A stretch of 64,000 nt of DNA from Heteronotia binoei. Taxonomy: Eukaryota. The notes under the pieces are model-generated. The model was not told where the DNA came from and searched no databases. It worked only from the letters and a program-made list of their open reading frames with translations. The stretch covers positions 48,484,001 through 48,548,000 of the forward strand of contig NC_083240.1 of the NCBI RefSeq assembly GCF_032191835.1, written 5' to 3'. The translations under genes were made by a program, and so were the position numbers. Shown piece by piece: positions 1-11,828 of this stretch (its first letter is position 1; the number at the start of each line of letters is the position of its first letter).

Positions 1-300
1 TTTTACAACTTTAATTCAGGCCTGGAACATACAAAGCCTGACCCAATGTTTGCAAGAAACAAGAAATATATATATGTGTTTTACACTCCCTGGGGAGGGA
101 GTTCCAGAACTTTGGTACCATGGCAAGGAAGGTCACCATCTTTTTAGCCTCAGTTTGTGGGGGTGAACCCAGCATGGCCGTTAAGGATGACCAGAGTGAG
201 CACTTAGGGTCGTACAGGAGAAGGCAGTCCTTAAGGTATGTTGGTCCCAGTCCAAATAGGGCTTCAAAGGTCAACACCAACGCCTTGAGTTGAGGCTGAA
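1..300 (-). mobile_element. L2-type LINE 3' fragment (degraded)
   Basis: Degraded L2 ORF2 C-terminal/3' sequence resembling the other L2 fragments in the window; boundaries approximate. Confidence 0.5.
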
Positions 301-329
301 GTCATCCTCCTTTTTATGTTTCTAATATA

Positions 330-1100
330 AGATGATTGACCACATCCTCTTGGTTTCATATACAAGGAAAACTCTTCAGACTGTGTTGCCCATTCTGGAC
401 GGTGCTGCAGACAGTCCTCTTGAAGGAAGAGGCCTGTCGTCTGGTGGGGCTCTTGGACTCAGGCCTGCCGCTGGACGAGCAGGTGGCAGCCATGGCCAGG
501 AGTGCCTCTTGCCAGCTTCGACTGGCCAGCCAGCTGCAGCCTTTCCCAGGCAGGAGAAGTCTGGCTGCTGTAGTCGTGCCATGGTTACATTTAGATTAGA
601 TTACTGTAGGTGGGTCTGCCCCTGGAGTGTTTGGAAACTTCAATGCTGCAGCCACAATGCTGACTGGAGTGGGTTGTCTTGCTGCCTCTGTGCAGACTTC
701 CAATTTGTTTTCAGGTACTAGTGCTGACAGCTAAAGCTCTTTGTGGTTTGGGACTAGCATACCTGAAGGACTGCCTATTCCTTTATGAACCTACCTGACC
801 ACTGTGGTCATCTTCAGAGCACCTGCTTTGGGTACCTCACCTTCTAAGATCAGATAGCTGATCACCTGGGAGAGGGTCTTCTCAGTAGTGGAACCAAAAC
901 TGGAACTCTCTCCTCGGGGAGATTCACCTGTCCTCTTCTTTTGCTGTCTTCTACCAGCAGGTGAAGACTTTTTTTATTTGCTTGGCACTGCCTCAGTGAT
1001 CCCTTCTTCCTTCCCAATTTTTTAACTGTTGTTTTTGATCTTTTGTACTTATTTTAAGCTCTGGTTTTAATTTGTTTTAATGCTGTTGATTGTAAGTGCT
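330..1100 (+). mobile_element. L2-type LINE 3' fragment (degraded)
   Basis: Frameshifted L2 ORF2 end similar to 54840-55740, followed by an AT-rich (ttttaa-type) 3' tail. Confidence 0.6.
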
Positions 1101-2602
1101 GTTAAGATGATGTTTCAATTTGTTAGCCACTTTTATGGCCCTATGGGAGCAGAATGGCATGGTGAAAAAATTGTGACTCAACAAGTAATGCCACCTGGCC
1201 AATCCCACAACATCCTGACCAGGGAGCAGCTGTGCTTTTGCAGGTTGGGAGAGGTGCAGATGTGTGCCCAGGCACGTCTGTGGCTGAATGGGGCCGGTTC
1301 AGGGAGGTGGCAGAAGCCTGTCTCTGTCAGACAGCATGGTGCAGCATTGGACTAGGATCTGGGAGAGCTGGGTTCAAATCCCCACTATTTAGTTGGACCA
1401 GTCAGACAAGCTCAGTCTAACCCTACTTCCCAGTGGGGTGGTTGTACAAATGAAATGGGGGAGAAAGAAAAGGAATTACGTTGTAAGCCCCTCTGGGTCC
1501 CCTCCCCTGTGGGGAGAAAAGTGGAGTGTCAACATCTAGAGATGTTCCACATCAGGTAGGTGGATCTCTTTTGTCAAAGCTGTTTGCCTGGCACCTAGCC
1601 TTTATAGTTTGTGGCAGATTATGAAAATTTGCCCTTTTTGCACTCATTTGAGCTCCTTGGGAAGGGAGGGGGGGGGGTAATGCCTGGTCTGCCTACAGTG
1701 TGTGGGGGGGGTGGCTTCTAGAGGAGCATGCACGACTACTTCAGTTCAGTTTTCATGCATAGACACAGTGGCCATTACAAGAGGTTAACACTAAAAAAAA
1801 TTGCATATAATAAAATGCAGTACAATGGGACTGAGTTAAAATACTATTAAAATTACATTTTGAAACTTGTTCCATAAGAAAAAGGAACAACTGCTATAAG
1901 CAACCCACCTATACTGATGCTAGCTTGGCCTGAATTTTCTTTGCCATTAAAGTAAAAAAGGGTACCTTATATGAGACCTCTTGAAGTGGCTCAGCTGAAA
2001 GGACAACAGAAGGAAGAGAAAGAGGAGTCTCAGCAACTGGAAGAGAACCCAACATAGGAGGAAGATTTGTGGAAAAATGTAACCCGATGGAGCAGGGAAA
2101 TCGGGAGATGTTCTGAGCCTCTGCTGCTCAGCAATCCGTTCCAGGATCTTCCCACAGATACTGACTCTGAACGGCTGCTTCCCCAGCCTCCACGAAGCTT
2201 GAAGAAAGTTTCTCAGGATCCTGTGGATAAGAAGCATGGAGCTTCTGCTCCCCAATATAGGAAGAGGAGGGTGGTAGCAATTGGAGACTCCTTGCTCAGA
2301 GGGATAGAACCCAAAGTGTGCCGACCAGACTTGTCATCCCAAGAGGTCTGCTGTCTACCAAGTGCATGCATCCAGGATGTGACAGAAAGGATAGGAAGAT
2401 TTATAAAGACCACAGGTTATTATCCTTTCTTGCTGATCCACATGGGAACAAATTATACTGCCCATCACAGCCCTGAATGTATTAAAAAAGACTATGGGGC
2501 TCTGGGTCAGAAGGTGAAGGAGCTGGAAGCACAGGTTGTGTTTTCGTCAGTTCTCCCTGTCGAAGGCCATGGCTTAGGATGAGAAAGAAGAATACTTCAA
2601 AT

Positions 2603-3044
2603 TAACCCAAGTAGTCAGCCATGTTGGTCTGAAGTAGTAGAACAAAATAGGAGTCAAGTTGCACCCTTAAGACCAACTTAGTTTTATTCAGAATGTAAGC
2701 TTTCATGTGCTCTCTAAGCACACATGTTTTATTGCTTTTGCATGCTCATGCTACTCAGATCAAAGGTTTGCTCAATTTGTTAATTTTACTATTCTGTCAT
2801 TGAATCTTAATTTTTTTACCATTTTGCATTCTAAACCACTCCCTACCAGATAATTTTACTATACTGTTGGTTCTTAAATTTGTACCAGTTTGCATTCTGG
2901 GCCACGGACTACCAGCTACATGTGGCTTTGCTCACTGTACCAGATTCCTCATCTAATGAAGTGTGCTCAGAGAGCACACGAAAGCTTATGTTCTGAATAA
3001 AACTAAGTTTGTCTTAAAGGTGCAACTTGACTCCTGCTTTGTTC
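2603..3044. mobile_element. Penelope-like element remnant with inverted arms, inserted in CR1 ORF1
   Basis: ~85-bp inverted arms (gagtcaagttgcacccttaagacc... / ...gtcttaaaggtgcaacttgactc); flanking duplication tacttcaaat at 2593-2602 and 3045-3054; reptile Penelope-type terminal motif. Confidence 0.7.
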
Positions 3045-4734
3045 TACTTCAAATAAACGACTGTGTCAGTGGTGTTGTCAGGAAAGATTTGGATTTCTGG
3101 ACCATTGCTTACGCTTTGAGGATGGTGGTCTTCTATCGGGAGATGGTATGCACCTTACGACGGTAGGAAAAAGGGGTTTTGGTAACAGCCTTGATAACCT
3201 AATAAGGAGGACATTAAACTAAATTGCATGGGGGAGCAATTCAAAGCCTTGTAGGATGTCAATATCTGGAGATAAGAACATTAAAACTTTGCAGAGAGTG
3301 GTGCATACACTAGGTAACATTACCTTGCAGGTATGTACAGAAACAAAACCCTCAGGATGCATAAAACATGGATTCCAATGTCTCTACACTAATGCACAGA
3401 GTATGGGAAACAAACAGGAGGAACTGGAAGTCCTAATACAGGAAGGAGATTATGACATAATAGGCTTTAGTGAAACATGGTGGAATGACACTCACAATTT
3501 GAATATTAGGATCCAGGGTACAACTTATTTAAAAGGGATAGGCAAATAAGAAAGGGTGGAGGTATAGCATTATATGTGAGAAGATATATACTTGTGAGGA
3601 AATACGTGAATCTGAGCATGGCAGCTCAGTTGAGAGTCTCTGGGTAAAAATAAAAAGTAAGAAATAACAGTGATATTATTGTGGGGAACCACCAAGTCAG
3701 GCAGAGGACTTGCATGAGATACAACGGACTGCAAAGTTCTCCAAAAGAAGGGACACAGTGATCATGGTAGATTTCAATTACCCGGACATCTGTCGGAAGT
3801 CCAACTCTGCTAAAAATGAAAAGTCAAATAGATTCCTGACTTGTCTTGCTGACAACTTCCTTCTTCAGAAAGTGAAGAAAGAAATAAGGGGATCTGCTAT
3901 TTTGGATTTGATTCTCACCAACAAGGAAGAATTGGTTGAAGAAGTGAAAATAGTGGGCACTCTGGGCAGTAGTGACCATGTGATTTTGGAATTACAGTCT
4001 TTGGAAAGGGGAAAACTGTATGTAGTCAAACATACAGGTTGGACGTCAGAAATGCAAACTTCAACAAACTTAGAACTATGCTGGGTAAAATTCCATGGTC
4101 ATAAATAATTAAGGAGAAGGGGGTTCAAGAGAGGTGGGAGTTTCTTAAAAGCAAAATGTTCAAAGCACAATCACAGACAATTCCTATGAGAAGAAAAAAT
4201 GGAAGAAGCCTAAAGAAACAAAGGTGGCTCCGTAAGCAGCTCTCTAAAGACTTGAGAAATAAAAAGGCTCATTTAGGAAACGGGAGGAAGGCCTTTTAAC
4301 CAAGGATGAATATAAACAAATAACCAGTTCTTGTAAAGAAAGAGTTAGGAGAGCTAAAGCTCAGTATGAGCTTAGCCTAGCCAAAGATGCTAAAAACAAA
4401 AAAAGGGTTCTTTTCTTATATTCAGAGTAAGAAAAAGCGCAAGGACATCGTAAGCCCACTGAGAGGGCAGGAAAGTGAAATTGTAAGAGGTGATGAAGAG
4501 AAGGCAGAATTGCTCAATTCCTACTTTTCCTCAGTCTTCTCTTCTGAGGGAAACAGTGCTCAACATGGCAAAAACAGAACATATAATGAGGGTATAGAGT
4601 TCCAACCTAGGATCAACATAGGGGTAGTACATAAACACCTAGTTTCTTTAAATGAAACCAAATCCTCAGGGCCAGATGAACTGTATCCATGAGTACTAAA
4701 AGAGCTTGTGGATGTAATTTCTGAGCCTCTGGCC

Positions 4735-5318
4735 CAGGGCTGTCAAGCATGTAGTTCGGGGGCCGAATCAGGCCCTGGAGGGCTCCTATCAGGCCCCTGA
4801 GCAGCTGGTTGTTGTCTGCTTCCTTCTCCCTCTCTCTTGCTTCCTTCCGCATCACAGCTTGCATTGCAAGACTTGCCCAATTGCACAGGAGCTACAGAGC
4901 AAAGCTTCTGTTTTCTCCAATGGTTGAGGCTCCTCCCTTGGGGAGGAAGGGAGAGCTTGCTTTGTCAGGCTCTCTGAATTGCACAGTGGAGCTACTGAAC
5001 CAAGCATCTCTTCCTTCTATTGACTGAGGCTCCTCCCCCCCCATCTTCCTTTGTCCAGTTCCTTGGATCTCAAAGAAATACAAAGAAAGCACCTTTAAGA
5101 CCAATGAGTGCTAACATTTTAAGCATGTTTTAAGTTTTTAAAAAATATATATTTGTGTTTGTGTTCTTTATAAAATTTGTATCTCTGCTACCTAATCTTA
5201 AATAGGTACGCACATGGCCTGGCCCGACTTGACTCAGCCCAACCTGACATGGCCTGGTCCAGCAAGGTCTCATTTATATCAGATCCGGCCTTCATAACAA
5301 ATGAGTTCGATAGCCCTG
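4735..5318. mobile_element. hAT-type MITE inserted in CR1 ORF2
   Basis: TIRs cagggctgtc.../...gatagccctg; 8-bp TSD ctctggcc (4727-4734) / cactggcc (5319-5326); CR1 frame resumes on both sides. Confidence 0.88.
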
Positions 5319-6874
5319 CACTGGCCATAATTTTTGAGAATTCTTGGAGAACAGGAGAGGTGCCAGAAGATTGGAGGCAGGTGAATGTTGTCCCCATCTT
5401 CAAGAAGAGGAAAAAAGAGGATCCGGGTAACTACCGACCTGTCAACTTGACGTCTATACCTGGAAAAGTTCAAGAACAAATCATCAAATAGTTGGTCCTG
5501 GAACATTGAGAAAGGATGGCTGTGATTGCTAAGAGCCAGCATGGGTTTCTCAAGAACAAGTCATGTCAGACTAGCCTGATCTCTTTTTTTTTTTAGAAAA
5601 TGACTACGTTGCTGGATTAGGGGGATGCTGTAGACATAGTTTATCTTGATTTCAGTAAGGCTTTTGATAAGGTTCCACATACTATCCTTGTTGACAAGTT
5701 GGTAAAATGTGTTTCAGATCCTGTTACCGTTAAGTGGATCTGTAACTGGTTGACAGATCGCACCCAAGGAGTGCTTGTGAATGTTTCCTCATCCTTTTGG
5801 AGAGGAGTGACAAGTGGCGTACCTCAAGGATCTGTCCTGGGACCTGTTTTGTTCAACATCTTTATAAATTATTTGGATGAAGGAATAGAGGGAATGCTTA
5901 TTAAATTTGCCAATTATACTGATTTGGGAAGGGTTGCAAACACAATAGAAGAAAGAAATAGGATCAAGGATGATCTTGACAGGCTGGAAAACTGGGCTAA
6001 AACCAATAAAATGAATTTTAACAGGAATAAATGTAAAGTTCTGCATTTAGGTAAAAAAAATGCCATGCATGGTTATAGGATAGGGGAGACTTGTCTGGGC
6101 AGTAGTATGTGTGAAAAGGATCTAGGAATCTTAATGGAGCATACAATGAACACGAGTCAACAGTGTGATGCGGTGGCTAAAAAGGCAAATGTAATATTGG
6201 GCTGTATTAACAGAAGTATAGTGCCCAGATCACATGAAGTGATGGTATCGCTTTACTCTGCTCTGGTAAGACCTCACCTGGAGTATTGTGTTCAGTTTTG
6301 GGCATCACATTTTAAGAAGAATATGGACAAGCTGGAATGGGTGAGGGGTCTGGAGACCAAGAAAGATTGAAGGAGTTGGCCTATGAAGAAAGATTGAAGG
6401 AGCTGGGCATGTTTAGCCTGGAGAGGAGGCAGCTGAGAGGTGATATGTTCACCATCTTCAAGTATTTGAAGGGCTGTCATATAGAGGATGGTGTGGAATT
6501 GTTTTCTGTGGCCCCAGAAGGTAGGACCAGAACCAATGGGTTGAAATAAAATCAAAAGAGTTTCCGGCTCAATATTAGAAAGAACTTCCTGACCATTAGA
6601 GCGGTTCCTCAGTGGAACAGGCTTTCTCAGGAGGTGGTGGGCTCTCCGTCCTTGGAGGTTGTTAAACAGAGGCTAGATGGCCATCTGACAGCAACGAATT
6701 TAGGGGGAGGTATTTGTGAACATTGTGCAGGAGATTGGACTGGATGATCTTGGAGGTGCCTTTCAACTCTATGATTCTACATCCGCAAGTAAAAATATGA
6801 GTTGTTCCATCACAGTGCTAAGGCCTAAATTGGCCAAGAATTTCTTGCTTGGAGCTAAAAAAAGTGGACAGGTC

Positions 6875-7005
6875 AGCAGATGACAGAGGTCTTCAGCAAT
6901 TAAGATCCTGTGAATTTAGGGGGAGGGGTTTGTGAGTTTCCTGCATTGTGCAGGGGGTTGGACTAGATGACCCTGGAGGTCCCTTCCAACTCTATGATTC
7001 TATTC
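6875..7005 (+). mobile_element. CR1 3' end stub
   Basis: ggactagatgaccctggaggtcccttccaactctatgattctatt CR1 3' terminus. Confidence 0.75.
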
Positions 7006-7089
7006 TTAACTATAGGTACCAGTACCGGCCCATTGACTCCTGATTGGCCACCTGCCAGAGTCCCGGTGGCTCCTGTTCTGGAGCCCTAA

Positions 7090-8830
7090 GCTCAGCAAAG
7101 TCTCTGGTCGCACATCCAATACATAACATGTCTATATGTGGGTTGCTTGGGGTGGGGGGCGGGGGGGACACTAGCAGATCTATGACCTGGGTTCCAAATC
7201 TGTGAGTAATCTGTTGAAATTCCTTTTGATTCAAGATCCATTCCCCCAAGTCCAGGTTTTTCTTGCTCTACCAATCTGCCTCCAGGTTGGCTAAGCCCTT
7301 GAGGTGTTCTGCGTTTAAGCTGGCAAGATTCTTCTCTGCTTAATTTAGAAGGAGCTTGGATTTCTTGAACAGTGACCTTCATCTGGTGCCACCCTGATGG
7401 CTGACATGTGTCTCTGTCAATATATTGCCTCTGTGGATGAGCACATGGTGGGCTTTTTTACATGCTGCTAGATGGCTAAGAGCGCCTGTCTTACTGCTTG
7501 AAGCTCGAGCCTCCTCTTCCAAACAATTCCATTCTCCTTCCCTCACCAGGCTCTGGCTGAGTGCTCCACAGCCCCTCTTGTGGGCATCTGTGGTAAGGAC
7601 AAGTGGATGTGGCTAAAGGAGACTGATTCCCTTGGAGAGATTTTCACCATCCTAGAGCCTTCTTCAGGTTTCCCGATACCCAGACCTGTTTGCGTCTGCA
7701 CCTCATTATTTTCTTCTGAAGAGGGAGAAGTGTCTGCTGCAGAGCTCTGGAATGAAGACGGGCCCTAGAGATCATGGACCGTAGAACTGCCAGCAGTTAC
7801 AAGATGTCTGTGGAGGGGCTTCTCCAGATCTCCTTCACAACAATTGGGATCCCCTATTGTTTGTCCAACAGAAGAACTTTGGCCAAATGTGTATGAGAAT
7901 CCTGGCTACCAAAAGTATGAATTCTCTTGTGACTTTTTTCATCAAGAATCTGTGTGTCTGAAGAAAGCTCACGGTCTGCTTGGCAGTTGTCACCCTTGGA
8001 GAAAAAGAGAGGCCAAAGAATAAAGCCTTCTCCTGGGAGTGCCAGTCCTGATAAGAAGAATGGGGATGCCAGAGAGACTGGAATAGGCAGATGAGCCTCC
8101 CTGAGATCGAAGGATGTGAGAAAACCCTTCTCTTGTGTAAAAGGGATTTTATCTTGAATTTGTATTTCTTGACTCAGTTGTTCAGACCTTTCAAATTTAG
8201 AATTGCCCTCCAATCCCTGGTCTTCTTGGGAACCACAAACAGAACGGAATAAGCACCCCTGAAACGCTGTTTTCTGGGAACTTCCTCTGTTGCCACAGTC
8301 TGTACAAGGTGGTGTATCACCTGGTACAGCAGATGATGTCCTTGTCTTGTCCTGGGAATGGGGGACGGCATAAACTGGTGTGGAGGGAGAGGCAGAAACT
8401 CTATTTTGTAATTTCTTTTTATAGAGAGGATCCATTTGCTGAGCTCTGCCAGATCTCTGCAAAGAACTGGAGGCAGCTCCCTATCAAGTAAGCAATGTTC
8501 TTTTGGGCTGGTGGATTTTTTGTCCTGGGGAGGCTTTCTGGTGGGATCTGGATCTGTAACCAAAGGACCAGAAGCCTTTTAAGTCCTTGGAGTCTCTTCT
8601 TCGTAGAGATGCCCTGTAACCGTGAAAGGAATGATGAGGTTTTGTTTTGATATCTTTATCCCTTGAACTCTACATTGATAGCATGGTCTTCTTTGTTCTC
8701 TTTAGTCTCTCCAAAGAGAAGCCTACAGGGAAACTTTTCTGATGAGAGCCTACTTTTTGACAAGGGATCCACTTTCTAGTGTTTCAGCTAGCTATTCCTT
8801 CTAATAATGATGTTGGCCATTTGCAGTCTT
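7090..8830 (-). mobile_element. DIRS-type retrotransposon remnant (gag end, RT, RNase H/MT regions), degraded
   Basis: Minus-strand frames YSVLFVVPKKTRDWRAILNLKGLN (RT start, 8174-8563) and EWILNQKEFQQITHRFGTQVIDLL (7010-7249), typical of vertebrate DIRS pol. Confidence 0.78.
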
Positions 8831-9006
8831 GACATCTTGCACAGAACTGGATTGTATCCTCTGAAGCATCAGAAGCAAACTTGGCCACCCTTTTAGTTTT
8901 TAGCAAGAACCTCTTAAGGCAGGGGTGTCAAACGTGTGGCCCCTGGAGAGCTCCTATCAGGCCCTCGAGCAACTCACTGTTGTCTGCTTCCTTCTCCAGT
9001 GACCTG

Positions 9007-9453
9007 TGTCAAGTCTGCTCCTGCTTTGGTCAAGCCTACACCCAATCATTGGTTCAGGAGAAAAGCATCCTGGGTAAAGCCATACTGTATTCCATTGCTG
9101 CTAGCTGAACTCTCCTCACCCCCCCTCCTTTTCTTTGTTATGTAGCATTGCTTTGAAATGGGAATATGTGAACAGTTTTATCTGTGCCTTCTCAGGCTTG
9201 GCACCAGGGGAGGTTGGAGCCAAGAGACGCTCAAGGCCAAACCAGGCCTGAGAAAGAAATTGTAACATCAATGTGTGAATGTGCCCTGCATAGTACCCCT
9301 CCCTCAAGAATCCCTTTGAAGTGTACCTTATATGATTGCATTCTACTGTATGATCTTTAGTCTTTCAATCTTACTGTAGTCAAGAGCCATGATATCAATA
9401 AACTAGATACTTTGTTTCACCGAAGACTCGTTATTGAATCTGCCGACTTGACA
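9007..9453 (+). mobile_element. Solo LTR (447 bp)
   Basis: Termini TGTCAAGTC...GACTTGACA (perfect 9-bp inverted repeat); perfect 5-bp TSD acctg at 9002-9006 and 9454-9458; internal AATAAA. Confidence 0.88.
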
Positions 9454-9559
9454 ACCTGGTCAGTGGGTCAGTCTGACTACTGGGTATAGGCTCCTCCTCC
9501 TCATCACAGGGTCGGGTCTTCCAATTGATCCGGAGGGGGGGGAGTGGCCTATACCTCCC

Positions 9560-10165
9560 AGAAATCTCCAGTTTTTTCCCGGCCCTGCATGAAGCAGGAT
9601 GGTTTTCTTCCGAACGCTCTTGGAAAGAGTGCGGGAGATCCGGTTGAAGATGTTTCTAGTGGGAATCACCACAGCACGTAGGGTGTCCAAGTTACGGGCC
9701 CTTTCTGTTGATAGGGAACTCTGTGTCTTTCATAATGATAAAGTGGTGCTTAGACCAGACCCATCCTTCATTCCTAAAGTTAATTCCATTTTTCATAGGT
9801 CTCAGGAGTTAGTGCTTCCGAATTTTTGCCCCAACCCTAAGTCTCCTAAGGAAAGGGAGTTGCACTGTCTAGATGTTAAGAGGGAACTTAGTTTTTATAT
9901 TGACCGTTCAAAAGACTGGAGGAAGTCTGACACTTTGTTTGTGTTTTTCAGTAAAGGGTCACGGGGGTGACAGGTTTCCACTTCCTCTCTTAGTAAATGT
10001 CTGCGGGAATGTATTCTACTAGCCTACAAGGCCCAAGGTCAGATCCCTCCGGATGGGATCACGGCTCACTCTTTGAGGGGTGCTGCTACATCGGCAGTGT
10101 AGAGGTCTTTTCCTTCCTTGGAAGCTGTGGGTGAGGCAGCAACTTGGAGGACGGTGCATACCAAG
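9560..10165 (+). mobile_element. DIRS tyrosine recombinase (YR) fragment
   Basis: FLVGITTARRVSKLRALS...DKVVLRPDPSFIPKV...LHCLDVKR, then AHSLRGAATSA after a stop; catalytic R and H-x-x-R motifs of DIRS YR. Confidence 0.85.
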
Positions 10166-10175
10166 CACTATAAAG

Positions 10176-11030
10176 TTCAGTTCAGTTCAGTCTGCTTTAT
10201 TATGGTCCATGACCAAATACACAGCACAATGCAGGCCAACAACAACCACGTAAAAACTGTAAAAATCAAGATGGACCTAAATAGGTGAAACAAAAGATAT
10301 TTTAAAAATAAATGTGAAAATAATATATAGGACATTAGTATGAATAATGAGATATGACAAATAATACAGTAGTGGTCAAACATCTTCTAGTTTAATAAAT
10401 ATAGTACATATAATAAAAAATTTAAAAATTATACAGCTCCAGAAAAAATATTAACTAGAATACACTGGTTAAAATTACAATCTGTTACCTCAACATTAAC
10501 TTGTAAGAACCATAAAATGCAATTTGATTGCATGGGAACAAAATTTGGCAACTTTATGCATGGTCTCTGTATTTATATCAGTTTCAGTAGCATTTGTGAT
10601 GGTATACAGAGTACTCAAGCATTTAAGAAGAGATAAAATACAAGCTTGGAAATATTCAAAAAACAGTCAGTTCAAGACCCCTTCTTTACATAATCCTCAC
10701 GAATTCTCCTAGCTGCCGCCATAAATTTGGCACAATTAATTGTGAATTGGGGGTTAAAATCTGATAACAGCGTATTTCTGATTTTGAAATCAGAAAACCC
10801 AAGACATCCCTCCAACAAAGAATAAATGTACCTGGCTCGTATGCCAGGGTATAGGCCACACCCAAACAAAACATGGTCAATCGTTTCAACTTTATCTGCA
10901 CCACAAGGACAAACCCGCTCAGCCATAGGCACCTTTCTAAAGTGGCCCTCAACGACTGCTGAAGGAAAGATATTGCAACGGGCCATAGAAAAGGCCCTTC
11001 TGTGGGATGGTATTGTTAGAGATAGGGGGC
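10176..11030 (-). mobile_element. Non-LTR LINE 3' fragment with C-terminal CCHC-type motif and (ctgaa)n tail
   Basis: ERVCPCGADKVETIDHVLFGCGLY (10672-10986); AATAAA followed by (ctgaa)3 on the minus strand; clade not resolved. Confidence 0.7.
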
Positions 11031-11348
11031 TGGAGCTAACACATATCTCCTTTGAGGGGCAGCTAGATAATCCGGGACCTTGGCAATATCATTCTTTCTC
11101 TCAATATCTTGTAGTCTCTGTTTGACTATGGCACTATAAAGTAGATAAGTGGGCCTCGGCAGAAGCGGCCTTTGGAAATGTGTGCTGCAGCATGCACTCC
11201 AAACAGGGAAGCCAGTCCCGCCCAGGGATGTATAGCTTTGATACATCCCAGTAGTCGACCGACCCACTGACCAGGCCACTGGAGAACGGAAGATTTGTAT
11301 CACTTACCGTGAAGCTTCCTTCTCGGTGGGCTGGCAGTGGGTTGGTCC

Positions 11349-11763
11349 TGTCAGTGGTTCATGTGCAGAGTGCAAAACAGAGAACTGCCACAAGGTAGAC
11401 GCTAGGAAGAAATTGAGCCTCACACCAGCACCTAGTATAAAAGTAGTGTATTTACAGACTTTATACAAAACAACTGGTGCGGTGAATATCATACATTAAA
11501 CTGAGTGACAAAGTGCTACGCCAGGAACCTACTCTCAACAGAGAGAAATACTGTCTGGCACTGTAGTCCATATACACAGCTTAGCCAATCAAGGCAATCC
11601 ACACAATTGCTGACTCCAGCAGGTGCTTTCCCCTGGATACAGTCCAGCCTGAACCGGCTCTTCTCCAAGGTTGATCTGACCTGACCTGTCAGATGCTGTC
11701 ATTGTAGATCCACCTGCTGCTCCATGCTGCAATCATGCTGTGGACGGAGGACTCACACTGACA
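11349..11763 (-). mobile_element. 3' LTR of the Ty1/copia element
   Basis: Inverted termini TGTCAGTG...CACTGACA; preceded on the minus strand by purine-rich ggactaggaggtg (PPT-like, 11764-11776). Confidence 0.78.
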
Positions 11764-11828
11764 CACCTCCTAGTCCAACAAACATAGCATGCCCAGTACA
11801 TTTACAAGTTTACAGTGCTCATCAGCAT

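Larger units (their letters stand above)
1950..6780 (+). mobile_element. Near full-length degraded CR1 LINE (ORF1 esterase + ORF2 endonuclease/RT) with two nested insertions
   Basis: ORF1 SGNH-esterase motif VVAIGDSLLRG (2067-2582); endonuclease CLYTNAQSMGNKQEELE and DFNYPDI (3256-4108); RT SGVPQGSVLGPVLFNIFI and RPHLEYCVQFW (5699-6370); CR1 3' end ending ctctatgattct; many stops and frameshifts; 5' boundary approximate. Confidence 0.93.
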
